From an uncultured virus (IMG/VR IMGVR_UViG_3300025684_000756) (lineage: Duplodnaviria; Heunggongvirae; Uroviricota; Caudoviricetes): DNA of 64,000 bases. This document shows positions 37,184 through 47,675 of the stretch, piece by piece. The notes beneath the pieces were generated by a model that searched no databases, was not told the DNA's origin, and worked only from the letters and a program-made list of their open reading frames with translations. The stretch lies in IMG/VR virus record IMGVR_UViG_3300025684_000756; one strand, 5' to 3'. The position numbers and the translations under genes are program-made. Each line of letters begins with the position of its first letter. Position 1 is the stretch's first letter.

Positions 37184-39829
37184 TTGTTCGTAGATGCTTG
37201 GCAGGATCGACAAAAAGAAATAGTTAATGTAGTAGAACGTGTTAATGGCAAGCGGGTAGTGAAAGTTTATCCTTGTCGTTATGTAATGTACTATGCAGAT
37301 GCTAAAGGCAAGTTTGTAGACATTGCTGGAAACAAACTTAGTCGTATTATGGTTGGCAATGCAAAAGCATTTGATAAAGAGAAACGTATTCATGGACATG
37401 GAAGAACATGGGAAAGTGATTATAGGCCTCTACAACGTTGCTTAGAAGAAAACTACAACGGTCAAGAATCTCCCAAGTTACAAGTTGCATTCTTTGATAT
37501 TGAAGTTGATTACGATAGAGAAAAAGGATTCTCTGATCCTAGTGATCCTTTTAATCCAGTTACTGCCGTAACAGTACACCTGGGTTGGTTAGATAGAACA
37601 ATTACATTTGTTGTTGCTCCTAAAAAAATGTCTAAAGAACATGCAGAAAGTATTGTATCAAAATTTGATGACACAATACTATGCGAAACAGAAGATTTAT
37701 TACTTGAATACTTTTTAGATATCATTGAAGATGCAGATGTACTAAGTGGTTGGAATTCAGAAGGTTATGATATTCCTTACATGGTTAATCGTGTTACTAG
37801 AGTATTAGGCAAAGATCAAACTAGACGGTTTTGTCTATGGGATAGGTTTCCTACTAAACGAGAATTTGAACGTTACGGAAAGACTCAAGAAACTTTTGAT
37901 ACAATTGGCCGTGTACACTTAGATTATTTAGAGTTATATAGAAAATATAACTATCACGAACAACATACTTATAGACTTGATGCTATTGGCGAATTTGAAA
38001 TTGGCGAAAAGAAAATTCCATATGAAGGATCTTTAGACCAGTTATACAATAATGACTTTGAAAAGTTTATTGCATATAATAGACAAGACGTTGTACTGTT
38101 AAAGAAACTAGATGAGAAACTACAGTTTATTGACTTAACAAATCTTATTGCTCACTCTAATACTGTTACACTTAGAGCTACAATGGGAGCCGTTGCAGTT
38201 ACAGACCAAGCACTAGTTAATGAAGCACATAGTAGAGGAATGATTGTTCCTGATAGGCCGAGGCGTAATAAAGAAGTAGCAAATGCCGCCGCTGGTGCTT
38301 ATGTTGCAGTACCTAAGAAAGGCATGCACGAATGGATAGGTAGTATGGACTTAAACAGTTTGTATCCTAGTATTATCCGTGCATTAAATATGAGTCCAGA
38401 AACTATTGTTGGGCAAGTACGTCAAACAGAAACTGAAGACATGATTGAAAGTTTCTTATCTTCTGGTAAAGGTGTTGCTGAAGCATGGGAAGGAAAGTTT
38501 GCTTGCCCTGAATACGAACATGTAATGAATCGTGACAAAGGCATTACCTTAACAGTTGATTGGGAAAATAATCAATCAGAAGAAATGTCTGCCGCAGAAA
38601 TATATGACTTAGTATTTTTTAGTGGACAGTCCTTAATGATGTCTAGCAATGGTACTATATTTTCGTATGCACAAAAAGGTATTATTCCTGGACTACTAGA
38701 ACGTTGGTATGCAGAACGTAAAGAGTTACAAGCAGAACTAAGAAAAGCAGAAACAAAAGAAGATAAAGACTTTTGGGATAAAAGGCAATTAGTTAAAAAG
38801 ATTAATTTGAATAGTGCATATGGTGCTTTACTTAATGCAGGTAGTAGATTTTTTGATATGCGATTAGGGCAAAGCACAACTCTTACCGGACGTTGTATTG
38901 CTAGACATATGGCAGGTGCAGTAAACGAATCGTTTACTGGTAAAAAAGATCATACAGGTGATGCAGTAATTTATGGAGATACAGATTCTGTTTACTTTAG
39001 TGCTTATCCATTATTCAAAGATGAAATTGAATCTGGCAAAGTAGAATGGACTAAAGATAAAGTTATTGAAATTTATGATACAGTAGCAGAACAAGTTAAC
39101 GATACGTTTCCAGGGTTTATGAACGAGGCATTTAATTGTCCTCAAGTACTAGGTGAAGTTATTAAAGCTGGTAGAGAAGTTGTTGCGTCTCGTGGAATTT
39201 ATATGACAAAGAAACGTTATGCAGTTATGATATATGACGAAGAAGGTTCTAGGAAAGATACAAATGGATCTCCTGGAAAACTTAAAGCAATGGGCTTAGA
39301 TATGAAACGTGCAGATACTCCAGAGTTTATGCAAAGGTTTCTAGAAGAAATATTAGGAATGACATTGGAAGGTACTGATCCTGAGATTGTTATGCAACGT
39401 GTAAAAGCATTTAGAGAAGAATTTAAGTCTCGACCTGGTTGGGAAAAGGGTACACCTAAGAGAGTTAATAACTTAACTAAACATACAGCCGTTTATGATA
39501 AGACTGGTAAATGTCGTATTGGACATGCATTGGCGGCAATAAATTGGAATAGACTTAAGAAGGCATTTGGTGACCAACGTAGCATGGATCTTACTGATGG
39601 ACAAAAAACTATTGTTTGTAAATTAAAAAACAATCCTATGCAAATTAATTCAATTGGTTATCCAATTGATGAGCTAAACATTCCTGATTGGTTTAAAGAA
39701 TTACCATTCGACCACGACGCTATGGAAGAAACTATTATTGACAGTAAAATAGATAACTTGCTTGGTGTGCTTAAATGGGATTTATCCCAAACAAAAGACA
39801 GAGGATTTGTTGATGACCTTTTTGGATAA
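37184..39829 (+). CDS. Family B DNA polymerase (gp43-like)
   Basis: FDIE, WNSEGYD, YN.QD exonuclease motifs; DLNSLYPS, K..LNS.YG, YGDTDS; probable TTG start at 37184 after SD GGAG. Confidence 0.96.
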   Translation: MFVDAWQDRQKEIVNVVERVNGKRVVKVYPCRYVMYYADAKGKFVDIAGNKLSRIMVGNAKAFDKEKRIHGHGRTWESDYRPLQRCLEENYNGQESPKLQVAFFDIEVDYDREKGFSDPSDPFNPVTAVTVHLGWLDRTITFVVAPKKMSKEHAESIVSKFDDTILCETEDLLLEYFLDIIEDADVLSGWNSEGYDIPYMVNRVTRVLGKDQTRRFCLWDRFPTKREFERYGKTQETFDTIGRVHLDYLELYRKYNYHEQHTYRLDAIGEFEIGEKKIPYEGSLDQLYNNDFEKFIAYNRQDVVLLKKLDEKLQFIDLTNLIAHSNTVTLRATMGAVAVTDQALVNEAHSRGMIVPDRPRRNKEVANAAAGAYVAVPKKGMHEWIGSMDLNSLYPSIIRALNMSPETIVGQVRQTETEDMIESFLSSGKGVAEAWEGKFACPEYEHVMNRDKGITLTVDWENNQSEEMSAAEIYDLVFFSGQSLMMSSNGTIFSYAQKGIIPGLLERWYAERKELQAELRKAETKEDKDFWDKRQLVKKINLNSAYGALLNAGSRFFDMRLGQSTTLTGRCIARHMAGAVNESFTGKKDHTGDAVIYGDTDSVYFSAYPLFKDEIESGKVEWTKDKVIEIYDTVAEQVNDTFPGFMNEAFNCPQVLGEVIKAGREVVASRGIYMTKKRYAVMIYDEEGSRKDTNGSPGKLKAMGLDMKRADTPEFMQRFLEEILGMTLEGTDPEIVMQRVKAFREEFKSRPGWEKGTPKRVNNLTKHTAVYDKTGKCRIGHALAAINWNRLKKAFGDQRSMDLTDGQKTIVCKLKNNPMQINSIGYPIDELNIPDWFKELPFDHDAMEETIIDSKIDNLLGVLKWDLSQTKDRGFVDDLFG

Positions 39830-39837
39830 CAAAGTCG

Positions 39838-39866
39838 TTGACATTTGCCTAAATTATATGTATACT
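39838..39866 (+). promoter_or_regulatory. Sigma70-type promoter
   Basis: TTGACA-17nt-TATACT. Confidence 0.8.
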
Positions 39867-39891
39867 GTAAAAACAATGGAGATTATGAATT

Positions 39892-40611
39892 ATGCTTAAA
39901 GACATTACACTAGACGTTTCGAAGAATATTGCTTCGCTTGGTACGTTTGAAGAAATTCTGGTAGAGAAAGATGCAGGTAAAACAAAGTTTACTGCTTATC
40001 CAGAAGATAGTACAATTACTGTACTAGCAGAAGCACCTAAAGAATATGATGAACTACCTGATAAGTGTGGTATGCTTAACTTACCTTTCTTTGTTGGTTT
40101 GTCTAACTTATATAAGACTGAAGACTCTAACGTAGCAACTGGCACAAATAGTAAGGATGAAACTGATAGATTTGTTTTTACAGACAAGAGCGGAAACAAC
40201 GATCATTATCGTTTAACTCCAACTAACTTAATGAAAACTAAGCCTAGGAGTTTTAAAGGTACAGAGTGGCAAGTTACATTGCAACCTGCGGCTAATAAGA
40301 TTTCCGAACTTGCAACAAGAGCAGGACTTTATACTAATATTGATCCTAATCTAATTGCTACTACTGCTGATGGGAAACTTATTTTTACATTAGGTGGACA
40401 AGCAGGTGGCGGACATATTGGTAAGTTTGTTATGGCAGATACAACACAGGATCTTAAACAACCTGTTACGTTGCCTATTAATGCATTAATTTTAGCATTA
40501 AAAACAGCAAGCCAGGGTACGCCTATTCTAAGTATTTCAGAGAAGGTTGCTAAAGTAGAATTTGATAGCGGTGTTATTGCTTATGAATATCTAATTATGG
40601 CTCAAGGATAA
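39892..40611 (+). CDS. Probable sliding clamp (gp45-like)
   Basis: 239 aa, beta-rich two-repeat pattern, YxYLI C-terminus, adjacent to polymerase. Confidence 0.55.
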   Translation: MLKDITLDVSKNIASLGTFEEILVEKDAGKTKFTAYPEDSTITVLAEAPKEYDELPDKCGMLNLPFFVGLSNLYKTEDSNVATGTNSKDETDRFVFTDKSGNNDHYRLTPTNLMKTKPRSFKGTEWQVTLQPAANKISELATRAGLYTNIDPNLIATTADGKLIFTLGGQAGGGHIGKFVMADTTQDLKQPVTLPINALILALKTASQGTPILSISEKVAKVEFDSGVIAYEYLIMAQG

Positions 40612-40633
40612 TTGACAGAAAAGAGGCACAAGC

Positions 40634-42181
40634 ATGACAACAAATAAAACCGATCTGTGGGCTACTAATAAAGACTATGCAGTTTTTTTACCTAGTATTT
40701 CTACATTCTATTCTACAATAGTAAGTAAAGACCAAAACGAGCCGGGCAAGAGTGTTCCACCAGAACGTGTTCCAGCTGGGTTTGAATCTGGTATTGAAGG
40801 ATTAAATTTCTTAAATAAAAAAGACGCATACTTCTATTATCCTTATGCACTTTACTCTGCAGGACATGCTCAGTTAGATCTAAGTAAAACTGATACTATG
40901 GAAAGTATGATCCAAAAGAGAGATCGCAAAGATACTTTTATCTTAGGTGATTCTGGTGGTTTTCAGATTGCAAAAGGTGTAATTAAATTTGACTGGGAAA
41001 ACTTTATGGAACGTCCAGGCGATGAAGGTTACAAAGGAAGTGCAGATAAAACTCGAGGGCAAATTTTAAATTGGCTCGAGCATACTGCTGATTACTCTAT
41101 GGTACTTGATATTCCAACTTGGGCGGCTAGGCCTCCTTTGAATGAACGTACAGGACTAAAGAGTTTTCAACAATGCCTAGACGGTACGTTGTATAACAAT
41201 GCATGGTTTATGGCTAATAGAAAGAACCAAACAAAGTTTCTAAATGTATTACAAGGTAGTACAAATGAAGAAGCAGATATTTGGTATGAAAATGTAAAAC
41301 ACTTCCCGTTTGAAGGTTGGGCGATGGGTGGTAATAATATGCAAGATGCCCACCTATTGCTTCGTAGATTAATTCAGATGCGTGACGAAGGAATGCTTGA
41401 ACCAGGTAAAGATGTTATTCATGTACTTGGAACAAGTCGATTGGAATGGGCAATCTTTTTAACGGCGGTACAAAGAGCCTTAAAGGCAACTGTCAATCCG
41501 AACTTACTCTTAACATACGACTGTGCATCTCCATTCGTTAGCACGGCATACGGCTTATCTTACACTCAACATGTACACACAAACGAACGTATGACTTATG
41601 TAATGGAAAAGGCTGTTGATAACCGAGACTTTAGCGGAAGTACTATTCCGTGGCCTTGGTCGTCAGCAGTTGGTGACCGAATTACAATGGGAGATGTCTG
41701 CTACTATAAACCAGGGCAGGCTAACAAAAATGGGAAAGTTGCTAAAACAAGCTGGGATACCTTTTCTTATAGTTTGATTATGGCACATAACGTGGATCAG
41801 CATATACAATCTGTTCAAAGAGCTAATGTATTAGCAGACATTGCTTGGCAACAAACACATCCTGATCCTAGACAATGGAGAAAGACTAGACAAAAAACTC
41901 AAGAAGGTCAAGTTGATCTTTGGGTTCCTCGTAATGTATTATACATGATGGAACTAGTTGATATGGTATTTAAAAGTGAAGAACCGTATAAACTACTTGA
42001 TCAATGTATACCATTAATGACTGAGTTTTCTGGACGTAAAACTCGTAAAACTGGTGCTGATTCTGTTAACGATTTATTTGATACAGACGACGGAGAGACA
42101 ACTGAAGTCATTGCAGAAGCAGGTGCGTTTGATGATCCTAATGATGCAGAACTTGAAAAACTAGTCATAGGAGTTGAATAA
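40634..42181 (+). CDS. TGT-fold guanine transglycosylase (DpdA-like)
   Basis: GDSGGFQ, MVLDIP, VLQG, AMGG, HVLG, TYDCAS align with TGT catalytic motifs. Confidence 0.8.
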   Translation: MTTNKTDLWATNKDYAVFLPSISTFYSTIVSKDQNEPGKSVPPERVPAGFESGIEGLNFLNKKDAYFYYPYALYSAGHAQLDLSKTDTMESMIQKRDRKDTFILGDSGGFQIAKGVIKFDWENFMERPGDEGYKGSADKTRGQILNWLEHTADYSMVLDIPTWAARPPLNERTGLKSFQQCLDGTLYNNAWFMANRKNQTKFLNVLQGSTNEEADIWYENVKHFPFEGWAMGGNNMQDAHLLLRRLIQMRDEGMLEPGKDVIHVLGTSRLEWAIFLTAVQRALKATVNPNLLLTYDCASPFVSTAYGLSYTQHVHTNERMTYVMEKAVDNRDFSGSTIPWPWSSAVGDRITMGDVCYYKPGQANKNGKVAKTSWDTFSYSLIMAHNVDQHIQSVQRANVLADIAWQQTHPDPRQWRKTRQKTQEGQVDLWVPRNVLYMMELVDMVFKSEEPYKLLDQCIPLMTEFSGRKTRKTGADSVNDLFDTDDGETTEVIAEAGAFDDPNDAELEKLVIGVE

Positions 42182-42717
42182 TGAAACGAGAATATCAAGT
42201 AGGAGTAAAAGATGATGTTATGTTCTTTACTGGTATAGAGATCGAAAGGTCTCCTGCATTTGGATTAATGACATTATTTGTAGTCGGAGTACATCCTTCA
42301 GAAGATATTATAAAGATGGCAGAAGAAAAGAATTGCGAAGCCATTTACTTTGGAGCAAATCAAAGTTTTCCTAATCCTACTGCTATAACATTGGCTTCAA
42401 TTAATATTTGGAAAGAATGGGAAACTATGATTAAAAATGTCTTGACAAATACTAAGATTTATTGTACACTAGATATAGACATTAAATGTTTAACTTGTTT
42501 TCAAGGAACAGAATTAAATAACTATAATAGGTTCATTCCAATGATTTCGGTGAAACTTCCGAACGTAGAAAGCCTTAACTACAATACAACAGTTAAGATA
42601 GACGATACAGATTTTGATGATACTAATCCAGGAATATGGTGTCATAGTTTGTATAGTTTAATGAACCGAAAGAATTTTACATCCTGGTGTGAATATAAAA
42701 ACGATAAACCTATATAA
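42181..42717 (+). CDS. Hypothetical protein coupled to TGT-like gene
   Basis: TAATG overlap; GIEIE.SPA.G..TLFV, IYFGAN. Confidence 0.65.
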   Translation: MKREYQVGVKDDVMFFTGIEIERSPAFGLMTLFVVGVHPSEDIIKMAEEKNCEAIYFGANQSFPNPTAITLASINIWKEWETMIKNVLTNTKIYCTLDIDIKCLTCFQGTELNNYNRFIPMISVKLPNVESLNYNTTVKIDDTDFDDTNPGIWCHSLYSLMNRKNFTSWCEYKNDKPI

Positions 42718-42726
42718 GGAGTTGCC

Positions 42727-43026
42727 ATGACAGACGAAACAAAAGATCGAGGACATGCTTTTCAAGCTCGTACACCAATTCCTCGAAAGCCAAAGCCTAA
42801 GTCGATAATGACTGATGAGAATTTAATTTCTGAAGAAGATGAACAGGAAACTGTACAAACTGAGGAAATTAAAGATGTTGCTGAACAAGAAGAAGTACTA
42901 GAATCTAGTAGTATTGAAAAACGTTTAGCGGCAATTGAAGAACAGATGGAAGTTACAAACAAATATTTAAGTGCAATAGATTGGAAAATTTGGTTGTATC
43001 TAAAATCTGAAAACTACATTGAATAA
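42727..43026 (+). CDS. Acidic coiled-coil hypothetical protein
   Basis: SD AAGGAG; C-terminal IDWKIW. Confidence 0.6.
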   Translation: MTDETKDRGHAFQARTPIPRKPKPKSIMTDENLISEEDEQETVQTEEIKDVAEQEEVLESSSIEKRLAAIEEQMEVTNKYLSAIDWKIWLYLKSENYIE

Positions 43027-43055
43027 TATTAACCCCTAACCTAAAGGACAGAAAT

Positions 43056-43427
43056 ATGTCAAAAGACATGATCTGGATCACCTTCCAATTAGAAGGTATG
43101 CATTGTTACCCTGCCGCGGCAACTGATCCTAAACTTGCTACCGGCGACGAATATGATGTGAGCTTTTTAGCAAGCCCGCATCGACACATCTTTCACTTTA
43201 AAGTACACATGGAAGTCTTCCATGATGACAGAGATGTAGAGTTTATACAGTTTAAACGATGGTGTTTAAATCTATATAAAGGCAGTATTCTTGAACTTGA
43301 CTATAAGAGTTGCGAGATGATTGCAGAAGACCTATATAAACAAATCAACGAAAAATATCCAAATCGTAGTGTTTGGATTGATGTATCAGAGGATAATGAA
43401 AATGGTTGTTTCCGACAATTCGATTAA
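43056..43427 (+). CDS. QueD/PTPS-like T-fold protein
   Basis: F...H...HRH.F...EF...K...SCE.IA...VSED. Confidence 0.75.
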   Translation: MSKDMIWITFQLEGMHCYPAAATDPKLATGDEYDVSFLASPHRHIFHFKVHMEVFHDDRDVEFIQFKRWCLNLYKGSILELDYKSCEMIAEDLYKQINEKYPNRSVWIDVSEDNENGCFRQFD

Positions 43428-43824
43428 TGTTCGTCCGCATGTCCGTTTTAGTGGACACAGGCGCAATAAGTCCCTTAACCTAGCTCATATTAAATATGAT
43501 CTGTTAAAGATATCTGAGCTATATGATGGGTATCTAACTCCAGATTTAGGGGAACTTCCCTTAAAGCTCTATACTTCCTACTTAGACGATCTTAAAAAGG
43601 CAGAGCAAATTTACAAGTATACTATTGATGAGCCTATTATGAGGCGTCATGAAGATACTGGTAACCGTAGCTTTACATATACTTTCCATGTACAAGGTAC
43701 TCCGGATCGTACTGCTAAAATTCTTAAGATTCATGTAGGCATTTATAAGAATGCTTATAGTGAAGCAGAACGTTGGGACTATAGAAGTGATGCTCCTTGG
43801 CAAATTGAAGTTGAGTGGGTATGA
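43402..43824 (+). CDS. Hypothetical protein
   Basis: ORF between QueD-like and glycosyltransferase; start uncertain. Confidence 0.55.
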   Translation: MVVSDNSINVRPHVRFSGHRRNKSLNLAHIKYDLLKISELYDGYLTPDLGELPLKLYTSYLDDLKKAEQIYKYTIDEPIMRRHEDTGNRSFTYTFHVQGTPDRTAKILKIHVGIYKNAYSEAERWDYRSDAPWQIEVEWV

Positions 43825-45005
43825 TGAGAAAGCTATTCTATATGGGATTAGAGCCCTATGAAGGCAGGTATACACTTCAGTTACAACAATGGAGTGTAGC
43901 GGCTTTCCAAAAGAGAAACATTGATTATGTAATTGTTCCTGGAACTACCATTGACAATACAAAAGCAATTAGTGTTGGACAAGTACTTGATGCACATGGA
44001 CGTTCGTACTTTGGTATGAGTCAACTTATGAATCTAGTACAGATGATGAGAAGTGGAGAATGCACTGGTGATGATGTTATCTTCTTTGAAGACATGTTTC
44101 AGCCTGGTATGGAATCATTACCTTATATCATGTGTCAGATACCAAAAGAGCAACGACCTAAGATTTTTCTACGTTGTTTAGCTCAGGCAATTGACCCAGA
44201 TGATTTTGTTCATGTATGGGGTATGAGTAAATGGATGAGTTTGTATGAACAGATGTGTAACGAAATTCCTAATGTTCATATTCTAGCAACAAATGAAGAA
44301 ATGGTTGCACATATGAGGATTGCAAACTGGACTGCTCCAATCTATAACATTTCTGGTTTAAGTTTTGGTAAACAAGAAGTACTTGGTCGCATTGGTGGTA
44401 ACGTACAAGACTGGGAAACTAGACAAGACAGAGTTGTATTTGCGGCAAGGTTTGATCAAGAAAAGCAACCTGATTTCTTTATGGATATCATTGAAAAGGT
44501 AAAAGACTCAGGACATCCTGTAGAATTTGCAGTACTAAGTGGAGGACCTTTGCGTTCTAATAATCCTAAGTATATTGAACGTGCAAAAGATTTAGAAGAA
44601 AGAGGACTTCTTAAAATATATACTGACTTGCAAAAAAATGATTATTATCATTTGCTAAATGATAGTAAAGTTTTGTTTAATTGTGCATTGCAAGACTGGG
44701 TAAGCAATACTGTAAGTGAAGCAGACACATTAGGTTGTAATGTAGTTTATCCTGCTTACAGAAGTTTTCCTGAAACTTTTTCTAATGACTTTACTCGTTT
44801 GTATATTCCATGGAGTCAAGAAGATGCAATTAATAAAATTATGAAAGGATTAGATTCTCCTAGTCCTAACATGGGAAAGATAAGTGACTGGACTGATAGT
44901 ACCATTGATCGTATGATTGATATTATGCAAGGAAGTTATAAACATAATGAATGGTCTAGGTCTGGTAATAGATACAGAGACCATGTAGCAACATCTAAAT
45001 ACTAA
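43821..45005 (+). CDS. GT-B fold glycosyltransferase (GT4-like)
   Basis: VVFAARFDQEKQP; Y..LL..SKV.FN.ALQD.....VSEA...GC.VV.P. Confidence 0.8.
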   Translation: MMRKLFYMGLEPYEGRYTLQLQQWSVAAFQKRNIDYVIVPGTTIDNTKAISVGQVLDAHGRSYFGMSQLMNLVQMMRSGECTGDDVIFFEDMFQPGMESLPYIMCQIPKEQRPKIFLRCLAQAIDPDDFVHVWGMSKWMSLYEQMCNEIPNVHILATNEEMVAHMRIANWTAPIYNISGLSFGKQEVLGRIGGNVQDWETRQDRVVFAARFDQEKQPDFFMDIIEKVKDSGHPVEFAVLSGGPLRSNNPKYIERAKDLEERGLLKIYTDLQKNDYYHLLNDSKVLFNCALQDWVSNTVSEADTLGCNVVYPAYRSFPETFSNDFTRLYIPWSQEDAINKIMKGLDSPSPNMGKISDWTDSTIDRMIDIMQGSYKHNEWSRSGNRYRDHVATSKY

Positions 45006-45017
45006 GAGGTAGTATAA

Positions 45018-46034
45018 ATGCAACAAGAAAGAGATGAATGGATTGCTATTACTGGATGCAATGGTTACATTGGTGGTCAGACAGTTTTAGAATTTAAAAG
45101 ATTAGGATATAAAATACTTGGTATTGATAGAAACCAATCAACTGGTTCCTGGTTGTCAGAACATATAGATTCTTTTATACCAGGTGATTATGTAAATGGA
45201 ATGTTTTTACATCAACTAAGACAGCTTAAACCTGTTGCATTTATTCATGTTGCTGGAGAAAGTTTAGTTGGTCCTAGTGTACTTGATCCTTCTAAGTATT
45301 ACATTAATAACGTAGGAGGAACATCTAAGCTTCTTTCAGCATTAAACACTATTGGTTTCAAAGGAACATTTGTATTTTCAAGTTCAGCGGCTGTTTATTC
45401 AGATACAGACCCTAAACAGAATCAAAGTATCAGAGAAACATTTGAAACCATTCCTCCTAGTCCATACGGTATGAGTAAATTAATGGCTGAGAAAGTTATT
45501 GAGGATTGTGCAAAAGCATATGGATTTAATGCAATAGCATTACGTTACTTTAATGCTTGCGGAGCGGATAAAGAAGTTAGACATGGACAAGTAAAATCTG
45601 CTACTCATTTAATTGCAAAAGTTATGAATGCTTTAATTAATAAAGAGGTGTTTACATTAAATGGTATCGACTATGACACACCAGACGGAACTTGTGTTAG
45701 AGACTATCTACATGTAGAAGATATTGCTAAAGCTCATAGAGTTGCATATGAACTTGGTAAAACTTTTAAACCTGGACAGTTTGATTACTTTAATTTAGGT
45801 ACTGGTAAAGGTTACTCTATTAAAGAAATTATTAGCACTATTGAAAGACATACTAACAAAAAACTATTAGTTCACAAAGGTCCTAGGAGACCTGGAGACC
45901 CTGGGAGGTTAGTGGCTAGTTCTAAGAAAATAGAAAGTACTGCTGGTTGGAAAGCAGACAATTCGTCTCTAGATAATATTATTAGAACATCATGGGCTTG
46001 GTACAACTCTCAGAGGTTTAAGGATTATGCATAG
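45018..46034 (+). CDS. galE: UDP-glucose 4-epimerase-like SDR
   Basis: TG.NGYIG, FSSSAAVY, PYG.SK, LRYFNA.GA, DGTCVRDY.HV.D, RRPGD. Confidence 0.88.
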   Translation: MQQERDEWIAITGCNGYIGGQTVLEFKRLGYKILGIDRNQSTGSWLSEHIDSFIPGDYVNGMFLHQLRQLKPVAFIHVAGESLVGPSVLDPSKYYINNVGGTSKLLSALNTIGFKGTFVFSSSAAVYSDTDPKQNQSIRETFETIPPSPYGMSKLMAEKVIEDCAKAYGFNAIALRYFNACGADKEVRHGQVKSATHLIAKVMNALINKEVFTLNGIDYDTPDGTCVRDYLHVEDIAKAHRVAYELGKTFKPGQFDYFNLGTGKGYSIKEIISTIERHTNKKLLVHKGPRRPGDPGRLVASSKKIESTAGWKADNSSLDNIIRTSWAWYNSQRFKDYA

Positions 46035-46228
46035 AAAGGTAATTAACATGACATGTATTAAAACAAAACGTGGACGGAAATTAGGTGAAGAGGAAGCTAA
46101 TCATAAGTTTCTACATTTAAAGATGGCTGGTAAATTTGTAGAAAACTTTTTCTTCGAGAATGAGATCCATGAAAAATGGAAAGATCACACAAGCAAAGAA
46201 TTTACTATTATATTTAGTGGAAATTAAC

Positions 46229-46552
46229 ATGTTAACAATTAATGATATTGGTGGTATTGTTGCTAAGGAAGATGAACGTTATATTGTTAAAGATAACACA
46301 CATCTAAACAACTTAGTACTAAGCTCTACTACACTTCATCCTCATAAAAATACAACCGGACATAACCATGTAGGACAAGAAGAAGTTTACATATTTACAA
46401 AAGGATCTGGAAAAATGCAACTTGATGATAAAACAATTTATGTTGAAGAAGGTAATATTGTATTAATTGAAGATGGAGTTTTTCATAAAGTATTCTCTGG
46501 TCCGCATGGTATGGATTTTATTTGTGTTTTTGATGGAAGGAGATCTCATTAA
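46229..46552 (+). CDS. Cupin-domain protein
   Basis: GHNH..QEEVY.F..G.G...G.FHKV. Confidence 0.8.
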   Translation: MLTINDIGGIVAKEDERYIVKDNTHLNNLVLSSTTLHPHKNTTGHNHVGQEEVYIFTKGSGKMQLDDKTIYVEEGNIVLIEDGVFHKVFSGPHGMDFICVFDGRRSH

Positions 46553-46809
46553 TGTCTAGTATGCCAACTGAAGAAGAAATGCAAGAATTTCAACAAGAAC
46601 TTTGGGATTTATTTACTCAACGTATAGGTCCAGATACAGATGGACACTTGTTAATGGTTGCTGGTATTATGATCGAATCAGCAATAGAGCTTTATACATG
46701 TGTGTTAACAGATGAAGAGGTTACTCGTCTCATGCATACAATTATAGAAACAATACCAGAATGTAGGGAGAAGATGGCTAAACGTCTAGGCACTCTTACG
46801 TTGCACTAA
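46552..46809 (+). CDS. Hypothetical protein
   Basis: Overlapping start/stop with neighbours. Confidence 0.55.
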   Translation: MSSMPTEEEMQEFQQELWDLFTQRIGPDTDGHLLMVAGIMIESAIELYTCVLTDEEVTRLMHTIIETIPECREKMAKRLGTLTLH

Positions 46810-47222
46810 TGAGAGTAGGTATTACATTTAGTACATTTGACTTACTTCATGCAGGACATGTTGGTATGTTACGAGAAGCAAAAGCAAATTGCGATTATCT
46901 TATTGTTGGTCTACAAAGCGATCCTACTATTGATAGACCGGACACAAAAAACAAACCAATACAAACAATGGTAGAACGTTATGCCCAACTAAATGCATTA
47001 AAGTTTGTTGACGAAATTGTTCCGTATCAAACGGAAGTAGATGTAGTGGATATACTAGAGTTGTTTCAGATAGATGTCAGATTCTTAGGAGACGAATACA
47101 GAGATAAGGATTTTACAGGTAGAGATGTTTGTAAAGCTAGAGACATTGAATTACATTTTAATAAAAGAGATCACCGATTTAGTACTACTGACCTAAGAAA
47201 AAGGGTGTGCGATAATGGGTGA
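46809..47222 (+). CDS. Glycerol-3-phosphate cytidylyltransferase (TagD)-like
   Basis: STFDLLHAGH, LIVGL, ER...L, FSTT.LR. Confidence 0.88.
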   Translation: MRVGITFSTFDLLHAGHVGMLREAKANCDYLIVGLQSDPTIDRPDTKNKPIQTMVERYAQLNALKFVDEIVPYQTEVDVVDILELFQIDVRFLGDEYRDKDFTGRDVCKARDIELHFNKRDHRFSTTDLRKRVCDNG

Positions 47223-47408
47223 AATAATTTTAGTAGTATATTTAAGTTTAGGTGGCGGATTTAATATGAGTATTGATCCAGAACAGATGTACGGGATAAC
47301 TAAAATTGAAGACTGTAAGAAACACCTTCCAACTATAATTAAAGAATATAATGCAACAGAAGGAACTTGCTTTATAGGCAAGATGACAGAAAGGTTAGAA
47401 AAAGCATA

Positions 47409-47675
47409 ATGTATAATACTAGGCATAAGATTGAAATTTATAGTAAGGATTTATGTCCTTATTGTGATATGGCTAAGGAGTTCTTTAAACAAAAAGAGTT
47501 AACTTTTGTAGAACATAAAATTGGTCATGCAGATAGTACATATCCAAATGGATTTACTAAACAGATGTTACTTGAAAGAGTACCAGGTGCTAGAACAGTA
47601 CCCCAAATTTTTATTGATGGAAAACTTGTAGGAGGCTGGACTGATTTAATAAATCATGAAATTTATAAATCATGA
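47409..47675 (+). CDS. Glutaredoxin
   Basis: CPYC, TVPQIFI, GG.TDL. Confidence 0.9.
   Translation: MYNTRHKIEIYSKDLCPYCDMAKEFFKQKELTFVEHKIGHADSTYPNGFTKQMLLERVPGARTVPQIFIDGKLVGGWTDLINHEIYKS

Noticed and set aside
37184..39829. Intein or intron in the DNA polymerase
   Set aside because: Continuous ORF of ordinary length with normally spaced motifs; no intein termini seen.
42442..42470. Intragenic TTGACA-17-TACACT promoter-like match
   Set aside because: Inside a CDS, lacks the upstream AGG/A-tract of the other promoters, and could be chance in AT-rich DNA.
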